Part shown: positions 32,035-41,048 of the stretch, one piece after another | How positions within the stretch are numbered: the first letter of the stretch is position 1 | Layout: each line of letters starts with the position of its first letter | Source of the DNA: Octopus bimaculoides | Lineage: Eukaryota | Assembly (NCBI RefSeq): GCF_001194135.2 | Contig: NC_068982.1 | Location: forward strand, 99,324,731-99,365,778 | Direction of reading: 5' to 3' | Length of the DNA stretch: 41,048 nucleotides | Notes under the pieces: generated by a model | Seen by the model: the letters and a program-made list of their open reading frames with translations, nothing else | Told to the model about the DNA's origin: nothing | Databases searched by the model: none | Program-made: the position numbers and the translations under genes

Positions 32035-35000
32035 ACACACAGATATAAAAATATAATACTGTAATACTCGTAAATGTGCTTGCACAAAGACATGGTTTTG
32101 CATGTGAATGTGTATATAATTTAGATCCGTAACCCTCCGACACGACTTCATTTGAAATCTAACAAATGAACATCTAGAAAGATAAATACAATTAGTAACA
32201 ACATTATTAATATCATTAACGTCATCATCGATCATATTAAGGTCGGATCACATGTGATGTTATACAAGAATGTCATTGAAATTCAGTTATTTAAGTTGTG
32301 TAAACCAATGCTAAATTAATTAAGGAAATTATCGGCAAGCCCCGACGGTTTCCCTTTGTTATTATATTCATTCGTGGTTCTTTTATTTCACTATCTACAA
32401 TTTTATTTGTCTGCATACTCTCATTTAAACACGAGAAACATCGCTGACATCAACGAGAATTAACGAACGCTATCTTTTCGTGACAAGATATAAATTATCC
32501 CAATCAACAATAACCAGGACTTAATATTTTATGCAACGAGAGCTTTATAAATGACATATAACTAATGCTTTCTAAATGTAATTGAATTTTAGATTTTTGA
32601 AAGCATAGACCTTCATTATTATCGATTTCTTTTAATGTATAGATGGCTATACATTATATACATGTAGAGATAGGGATATTATTTATTCGTAAAAATATGT
32701 TAAGCTCATGATGTGCTGAATCTGCGAAACTGGTTTCTTTTCCGAATGAGATATTTGTATTCCTTCCCAAAGGATCCCTTGATTTCCGGTCAATATTGAC
32801 ACCTATTGAAAAGATAACTTCCATTTAGCTGACTTCTCCATTCGTACTGCATAAACATGGAAGCTTAATTTTTTGATCCATCGACCTAATTAAAAAATTC
32901 TTTGCCGTGATGTAGAGACGAATACTGTTGAGAAAACTATACAGTTCAGTTTCGATCACCATTTAGAGTTAATTTCCTGTGTTTACAATGTAAATGATTT
33001 AGAGAATGGCCTGAATGTGACGTTCCATCCTCACTTCACTCACTGAAATCAGCATTCATGTTTCAACAGCGGATACTACTACAATGAATGCATAGATATA
33101 AATGCTCCGGAAGCAATGCTTCTACAACGTCAACAACTACGACCTTAGCAACTACGTTGTTCATGACAGTTGTTGTGTGTAATGCAAACAATATAAACAA
33201 CAACTGCGATAAGAATAGCATTATAAATCTGAATAACAATGGTAAGTGAGCAACTACGTTATTGGCAGAAGATCTCGCAATGACTAGAACAGTGATTAGT
33301 GTGATAACAGCAGTAAGAGAAGAAATAACAACAGAGGCAATGAACAGAAAGAGACACCTTCTAAGATAGAGCGTAAACATTAGTTTTATTGTAGAAAACT
33401 TAGACCAATATTGAAAGAATGAAGGATTAAATGTGAGACTGATGATAAAATAAAGTTGCATCGTAAGTTATTGAAACTAAACAGAAAAGAGTGATTGTAT
33501 AGAGTTGGCTAAACACGAATACAAGGAAGATAAGTGGATTTAGTATATACAGAAATTGTTGGGTTGCATAAAATAAATCTGAAGTACGGTAAAATTACAT
33601 ATGACATAAAATATAAACTGTCAGACAACCTTAACATTCTAAACGACAACAGTAACGAAGACATTTATATCAACACAAATCAACAACGTGAATAAAAGAG
33701 TTATTTGTTAAGTTGATTTGTTCTAATATAGGTAAATAGAGATAGGTAACAAAAACAAGATATTAATGTACATTATTTACATTGTACCAGATTTCATTAA
33801 TAGAGGAAATTAACTCCACCAGTAGAAGACTCGTTGATGTAGAGCACAAGCAGACGACCCGTTGATATAACAAGTAACTGAGACAGAAGGAATATCAATA
33901 TTGAATATTCAGCTCGTAACGGAATTTCAGTTTGATGAGTATCTGAAGTCTAATGAAAATAGGATTGGTAAATAGTTTAGGGAAAGATTAATCACCTGAG
34001 CCACACGAACAAAATATTTTTCGACCCGGACGAGAGTAAATAAGGGAATAACAAAGAGGAGTCAAGAAAGAAGAGAAGAATTTAGAACAATTACACGTGA
34101 CTTAGGTCGAGAAGCATAATCTCGGTTTTACAGTCGGCTGAAGCTGCAAATTACAATTGATGGTTAAACACTAAGTATCTGGGGCGGAGTATCAAAAAGG
34201 GTACGAACAATACCGCTAAAGCAGTCAAGTCACTAGTACTACCAGTTATAAAGGGTCGAGTTCTTTCCACAGATATGGTTTTGCTCCCATTTCCTTTTGA
34301 TACGGGAACAAATTAGTTTTTAGTATTTGCCTTTATATTATCATGCGATTGTCATGCTTTTTACTCTTGAATCGATGTTTGAATGATTTTAGCTTGATTT
34401 ACAAAGATATGTTGGATGATATCTAATTATAAGACATTTTGTGACCAACAGTTTAGACATTCTTCCTCTGACTGAATGACTTAAAAGAAACTACTTTTCG
34501 ATTGGTCAGTTAGATTTGAGGAGGTAATAGAGAAATTTAAAAAAAAAACAAAAAAAAAACAAAAAAAACAAAGACTCGCCCTTTAATTTAGAAGCACCTT
34601 TTTTCGACCTTCGTCGCATCCTGTCACCTTTGATGTAAATGGCAGCCAATATGAGCACCATGAGTCTGGTGCCAGCTCATGAACAATGAAGGTTGTATGA
34701 GTCAAGTTCCTACAATACAAGATATTTCTGTGAATGTTCTGCATAGTAGTCTTTTGCTTTTACTAATTGAAATTTAAAATGATATCATAACTCAATTTTT
34801 AGTAGAGTTGTTCTGTTAGAGAACAAATCACAATGTCGGATAGTGACATGGTCACCAGATATAGTAGTTAGCTGCGTTCTGCTTGACCTATAACCAACTC
34901 TAGACCAAACAGCGGCATGCTAGTGGGAAAGATGACAGAGCGGGAGACACTGTTGTCTCTTAGAAAAACTTACAACTCAATGCAGAGTCGACATGGCGAC

Positions 35001-35099
35001 TTGGAAAGTCTAAGTAAAAAATACCAATTAGGTGACCGGTGCCAATAAAATTCCTAATAACAGCAAAATGGCCAGATTGAATACTACATCATCCTTCTC

Positions 35100-35710
35100 A
35101 CAAGGTTAAAAGTGGATGCGTTCGAGCCTTAGGTAAAAGGGTCCGTTCGAAAAATATATTGCAGTTTCCACCCAATGTTGGGGAGGCCAGTGTTTTAGGG
35201 AGACTTGTGGTGGCAGATGCACAACAGTTACATGTCTCGGAATCTCAAAACGAATCCAGAAGAGAAGGGCCGTTATTAATTGGCAACTGGAACGTTACAA
35301 TCCTTACAGGCAAGGAACAAGAATTAGGGAGGGAGAGACCAAATGTTACCAGCTAGATACAGTCAGGGGTTCTTCTACAAAGTTCCGTGGATTTGAAGAA
35401 AGAGTGAAAACTCCGTTATTCATCCGATTAAGACTGCACATACGGTAATGAACATACTTAGATGTCCCCGGTTGTCTGAGTTTGTTATGAAATGGATCCC
35501 GGCGCAGTAATGCGCCAGTTTCAGCACTCGGTTACCAGAAGAAAGTAGGTAAGAAAGTCAAACTCACTATCTTCAGTTCAGTTTTCGCGCGTACCTTTAT
35601 GATGATCTTTGGTAGTGAACCGAAAAAAGTACGATCGCGAATACAAGCAGCCGATATAGGGTTCCATTGACGGGTCACTGAAGTAACGTTACCCGATAAA
35701 ATAGACGGAT
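35100..35710 (+). mobile_element. RTE-clade LINE remnant: 5' region/endonuclease start joined to an RT C-terminal piece
   Basis: GPLLIGNWNVTILTGKEQEL (APE motif I, GxWNV); later SAVMRQFQHSV, KVKLTIFSSVF, KVRSRIQAADIGF. Large internal deletion. Confidence 0.7.
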
Positions 35711-36707
35711 TTTAACGCAATGTAGAACTGTGTGAATGAATCGGAGAGTAACGAGGTAAAGGTTTGTAGAATCTTGAAGGCACTTCTCTCTGAACAAGCT
35801 GATTGTAGAGCTTGAAATGTGGTCAAATCATTGTAAGTAAATTGAATCTCAAAGAGTAATTTTGCGTTAATAGATATGACATGTAAATGTTCAGGAGGGG
35901 CCCTGCATACTTAAGTTTCAAATCTAATCAGTCAACTAAATTACAATTTTCATACACAGAGCCAAGCGTATGGAGCTTAACATTTTGATTTCGGCACAAA
36001 AAACTTAATGAGAGTTGATATAGTGTATTACCTGTAACGGTTAGTAAATATGATTTCGTGATAAATTTATACAAAGTCGATTAAATCCGCTATAGAATGA
36101 GCAACATAGAATATAAGACTACATTTAGAATGGATAGGACTTTCTTCATGGAAGAGAATTTTCTAAAATATCACACTGCTGAAGTATTATATAGAAATGA
36201 AGATTATGTTTCTTGTGGTAAGTTATGTGTACTAAGCCGCGAATATACAGTTTACAGTTCATTTTCTCAAACTACATCAACCTATAGATATTCATGTAGA
36301 AAATTAAATGTATAGATTTCAACCTTGAAGCGCTACTCTTCTCTCCCGACTAATCGATAAGAAAGAAACCTAATCAGCGGATCCTGTCTAAATAGTTATA
36401 TCTTGTTCATTTATCCTTTTCACTAGTTTCCTATCTTTTATTCTTACTCAGCATTTGTTACTCATTGTCGCACTTACGAGTATGTTTTACTGAGTTAGTT
36501 TCTAGTTTGTTTTTCGGCTCCATCCTTCTAGAAAATTATATTCCAATCAAGCCTACATAAATTATACGAACGACCAATTTACTCCACAGTAACGTTATCC
36601 ATGCATTACTGTATATGGTTGTAACTTTCTTGGACTATCCATTCTTGCTCTTTCCATAGAAGTAAACTAAACTTAGAACATATCAATCTCACTAAACTGT
36701 GAAACAC

Positions 36708-37820
36708 GGATCTGGCGCACAGATTTAAAAAAAAATGTTAACTAAACAGTTGTAACTTCGTATACTGGTAGAATCTCTCACGCAGAACACGGTTTACTTT
36801 GAACATTTCAAACAAAATTTGGTATTTTCGAAGTTATTTCGTGTTAAAGTTGTCATATTTAGGCAATTTCAACCAATCAACGACGTTTATTCAGTTGGAG
36901 AAAGCTACTGCTGTTTGCGATAGTAATCGAAGAGGAACAACTTCTGGGTACTAAATGTCACTACTCTGTTCTATTCTTATGTCGAGCGAAGATGATACCA
37001 CCTTTATCCTTTCTTCCTTTCTAGTCAGCACCGTGCATTGCTTACTCTTTCCCCCTTCTACACTATCAACTAGCAACCAGCGAGCGAACTTGTCACTGCC
37101 ACTACAATTACCATATTTTCCAGTGTATAAGCCGTTATTTGTTTTGTTTTACCTTCATGTTTTGATGATGTTGTTTTTAATCTAATAAAGACTTTTATAT
37201 TGATGAAATGTATTTGTTGTTGATTATAGTAAGATAAAATCATGACAATAATAATACATCTCATAGTTGTAAAATAAGGCATTTTGAAACTATATACTCG
37301 TCAACAACAAAAAGCTAGCTGCGGACTCGTAGCTCTATAGGTCTTCTAAACACCGGTGCGCTTTATGTGTGGATAAAACACCGATGTCGGGTAAACGAAT
37401 AAATATATATAAATAATATTTCTTCCTTCTTGGTGTTGATTCTTCGAAGTTTACTGGTTACTCCGACATGAGAACAAAAAAAGCGTGTAATATGCAGTAA
37501 ACAAAGTCAGTAACACAGGCAGTAAACAAAAAAACAAAAAAAATAGAAGAGTAGTGACATTTAGTAGAGATGACTCTGAAGTTGTTCCTCTTCGATTACT
37601 ATTGCAAACAGAAGTAGCTTTCTTCAACTGAACACACGTCGTTGATTGGTTGAAATTATCCAAATACGACAACTTTAACACGAAATACCTTCGAAAATAT
37701 CAAATTTTGTCAAAAATGTTCATAGTAAACCGTGTTCTGCGAAAGACATTCCACCAGTATACGAAGTTTAGTTGTAGAAAAATTAATTAAAAAAATCTGT
37801 GAGCCAAATCAAACAGATCC
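36708..37820. mobile_element. non-coding foldback element with about 270-bp terminal inverted repeats
   Basis: Left arm 36708-36975 is the reverse complement of right arm 37542-37820 (e.g. ACTTCGTATACTGGT..GCAGAACACGGTTTACT, TTTCAACCAATCAACGACG, GTAATCGAAGAGGAACAACTTC, CTAAATGTCACTACTCT). Spacer about 565 bp with no recognisable ORF. Confidence 0.88.
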
Positions 37821-37926
37821 TGAAACACTTGTAATGCCAAGATCGCTGTTACACTCCTCCTCTTCCTAACCTTCTTCTTCTCCTTCTTCGTTTCTTTCTC
37901 CTCCTCCTCTGACTTATTAAATAACT

Positions 37927-38136
37927 ATTTCAAATTTTTACCACAAGGGCAGCTTGGGGAAGGTGGAAATGAATCGATTACATCGACCCCAGTGTTCAAC
38001 TGGTACTTATTTCATCGACCCCGAAAAGATGAAAGGCAAAGTCAACCTCGGAATTTGAACTCACACCGTAGCGACGGGCCAAATACTGCTAAGCATTTCG
38101 TCCAGCGCACTCACGATTCTGCCAGCACGCCGCCTT
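37927..38136 (-). mobile_element. SINE family A with a third tail variant
   Basis: Head GGCGGCGTGCTGGCAGAATCG, B-box GAGTTCAAATTCC, tail TTTCCACCTTCCCCAAGCTGCCCTTGTGGTAAAAATTTGAAA. Confidence 0.88.
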
Positions 38137-38210
38137 CTCTAACTTAATAAATAACGAAAGCTAATCACATGTGCAGCTAGTTATGGTAGACAGAGTGAGT
38201 ACTCACATGC

Positions 38211-38221
38211 TCTCTCTCTCT

Positions 38222-38268
<47 letters not shown>

Positions 38269-38408
38269 GAATATATGTATGTATATACGTGTATACACAC
38301 GCGCACGCACGCACACACACACACACACACTAACGTATATATCTACATGTATACACACACACAGACGCACACACACACGCATATATGCATACATACACAC
38401 ATACACAT
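38211..38408. repeat. (TC)/(CA)/(TA) compound microsatellite
   Basis: Direct reading. Confidence 0.93.
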
Positions 38409-39803
38409 ATGATGCCTTGGGATATTGCTACGGATCACCCTCAGGTATAACTCTTGATTAGATAAAAGTTGTTAATGCATCTGTGGGCTTCCTTCCTGAA
38501 CACGTAATGACAGCATATAAACTCTTTATAAAATATGCTGCACTATAAATCGATGCGCGTGATTTTCAATAAATTCCCGTGTGTCAAGAAAGACATGCTA
38601 TTGGCACATACATCTGTACGTGCTTGTGTGAAACCCCTTTTCTCTGCTCACTGGATAAACACTCAGAGCTGAAACTTAACCTTTAGTATAAGTTAATATC
38701 GGCATAATATAATAAAATACTCAAATGCTTTGAATTTTTTAAATTGTATAAAAATTTGTAATGTGACAATGTAGCTATGTCATACCATGACTTCTGTTGA
38801 AAATACTTTCACTGAATGATTACGTCAACGAGACTTTCACGGCAATGCAATTTTTCTTAGTTTTATCACAATGTTACTTTTAATACTATATTTTCGTATA
38901 GAACATCGCGTAACTCAGAATCTCTGAACAAATACATGGTGTACACAACTCTTCACTTATTTATTTGAAAGCTTTAATTGTGGAGATTGAGATGATGGGA
39001 AAATAATCTATTATTCTCTTTAGTAAAATTATAAATATTCTGGAAATTGTTCGTAGATTCAAAGCTAAATTCAAGGCATAGATTCAAAGTTCTACTGTTA
39101 GCTGAAGGTAAGTGGTACGAGTTATCAGTTGAAGGACAACCAGAAACAAATTTGAAAGAAGATTCCTAATTACTTTCTTCAATTTCACAGTTGACTACCT
39201 TATACATGCTTTAGAGAATGGATTACGCTGTGTTTTCTATAGATATATATAATTTACTACACATTATATGCAAATCCCCACGGCTGTTAATATTGTTTTG
39301 TTGAGGGAAGTTAATCCGAAACAGAACTGTAAGAAGATGGTTATTTTTCTGTTTACTTAAAAGAACAATATGATGTTTTCATATAATCTCAATCTTTACA
39401 GCTAAGGGCTGGCTTTCAAATAACAGCAGAGTTATCTATACTATAAATAATATTTTTGCTAATATGAGTTCCTTTTTTAGCACGTGTACATAATCTTTCA
39501 TGCAGGTTTATTTGTGTCGCCTCTATTTGTGTCAATCAGTCTTTCTTTTAATGAAAACTATAAATTAGTGATAAATCAAAAAATCTTTCGTTAGTAAACA
39601 TATTTCTTCACAGTCTTATGTTCTTCAGTGTGGAAAACTTATTTCAAGGATAGTTCTTTATCTAGGCTATTGAATTACAGTCTTCTAGCATATCACTTCC
39701 CTCTCTTATAGTAATTGTTTTTACTTTTTCCATACACTGTTTTACTTCCTGTGTAATCTGAATTTATCCTCCATCTTAAATCATTCAAGTCTAATATAAC
39801 ATA

Positions 39804-40019
39804 CTAGGGGTGCTGAAAAGTTCCTGGTTTTGGGTAAAAGAAAATACAGGAAGATCAGTTAATTATGATTTTATTCAATATATTCCCCTCTCAGATTCAC
39901 ACACTTATTGCAGCGATCCTTCAGCTTTTCTAAGCCCTGTAAAAGAACTCAGAAGATTGGACCTTCAACCAGGCTTTTTGCGATATCCTAAAAGCTAGGA
40001 ACTTTTCAGCACCCCCTTG
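39804..40019 (-). mobile_element. 216-bp mariner-derived MITE, copy 2, TA TSDs
   Basis: TA|CTAGGGGTGCTGAAAAGTTCCTGG ... CTAGGAACTTTTCAGCACCCCCTTG|TA; reverse-complement homologue of 27867-28081. Confidence 0.92.
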
Positions 40020-40164
40020 TAATGTTTAATGCTAATCTTTATTTTACTTCACTGTAGTATTTCTGAAATACCATCGACATAAAGTTTTCATCTAAGTTCC
40101 TTTAACCATTAACTCGGTTAAAAACCTCATTTGTTAAGTATAAATTCGTTTTCTTTCTTTGCGC

Positions 40165-40234
40165 TTATATATATATATATATATACATACATATACACAC
40201 ACACATATATATATATATACATATACACACACAC

Positions 40235-40280
<46 letters not shown>
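40165..40280. repeat. (TA)/(CA)/(TG) compound microsatellite
   Basis: Direct reading. Confidence 0.93.
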
Positions 40281-40284
<4 letters not shown>

Positions 40285-40707
40285 ACTCTGTCATGCAATG
40301 TCCTGTGTGGTAGAAAAGTATAAGTAAATTCCAAGAACTCAAACACTACCACTGTCTGCAAAAGCAGTAACAGCATAGAAACCAAACGAACTGCGAGTCA
40401 CTAACCAGAGTAAGGGCCATGCGAGAACAGTAGCAACTAAGACTTCGAAATACCGAGAGTAAATCAGACCCACCACCATTACCACTACCACCACCTGAAA
40501 ATTTAATTCTAAGAGTTTACCATTTCCTGTTTGGCTTCATTTTTCGATTTCTATTAAGAGACGCTAAATGACATTATCTGAGTATAATAGATTTGGGCAG
40601 TAAAATGTACAGCTTCTCTAAAGGTCAACTGTTAGTGGATTACTAAATTGTAGATTTTCATATATTGACCCTAAACACGAGATAAACTGAGAATGTTGTC
40701 TGTAGAA

Positions 40708-40799
40708 AAGGCGGGGAGCTGGCAGAAATGTTAGCACGCCGGGCGAAATGCTTAGCGGTATTTCGTCTGTGTGACACCGGTTTAAATGCTTAGCGGTAT
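40708..40799 (+). mobile_element. SINE family A head only, with a 16-bp internal duplication
   Basis: GGCGGGGAGCTGGCAGAAATGTTAGCACGCCGGGCG; AAATGCTTAGCGGTAT occurs at 40746-61 and 40784-99. Confidence 0.85.
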
Positions 40800-41048
40800 A
40801 ACGACTCCGTGAATTTGAATTATTACTTATCATTTGAGTGCGTCTGTACAGTAAGTGCAAGTTTCCATTGACTGTTTTTGTGTGTTCTTGTTATAACTAT
40901 CGTGTGATAGTCTTCGTTCGAAAACTATCGTGTGTTTCCCCTATGGGGGAAACAGTAATTGCTGGTAAGATGCCGAATAGTGTATCTTCGTCTGGCGAAG
41001 AGGCGTCAACCGAGGGAAAAAATATAGAAAATTTATTGTTTGGAGAAG

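Noticed and set aside
13315-34210. 23-bp near-identical motif AGTATCAAAAA(A/G)GGTACGAACAA at 13315-13337 and 34188-34210
   Set aside because: Too short to define; most likely relics of an old dispersed repeat.

Overview
AT-rich, repeat-dense eukaryotic (animal) DNA with no recognisable intact host gene. The tRNA-derived SINE families and repeat mix look like an octopus (cephalopod) genome; this is recognition from memory, not a database result. Six N-gaps are present (about 2775-2848, 12073-12131, 15681-16322, 28301-28310, 28881-29183, 30561-31131), most flanked by microsatellites, which suggests a short-read assembly. The window is a transposon graveyard: two SINE families, a decayed hAT with an exact 8-bp TSD, DD37D (maT-like) and DD34D mariners and their MITEs, RTE, CR1-like and R4/Dong-like non-LTR fragments, Helitron remnants, a gag-like ORF1 element and a long-TIR foldback element. 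Most ORFs in the supplied track are microsatellite, N-gap or antisense artefacts. The best leads are a near-canonical minimal hammerhead ribozyme (26359-26403, minus strand), two R4/Dong-like fragments that each start at a (CATA)n tract, a Helitron carrying a 69-bp/23-aa STPR-like repeat, an apparently ORF1-only zinc-knuckle element, and a TIR-less mariner fragment bracketed by a perfect 16-bp direct repeat.
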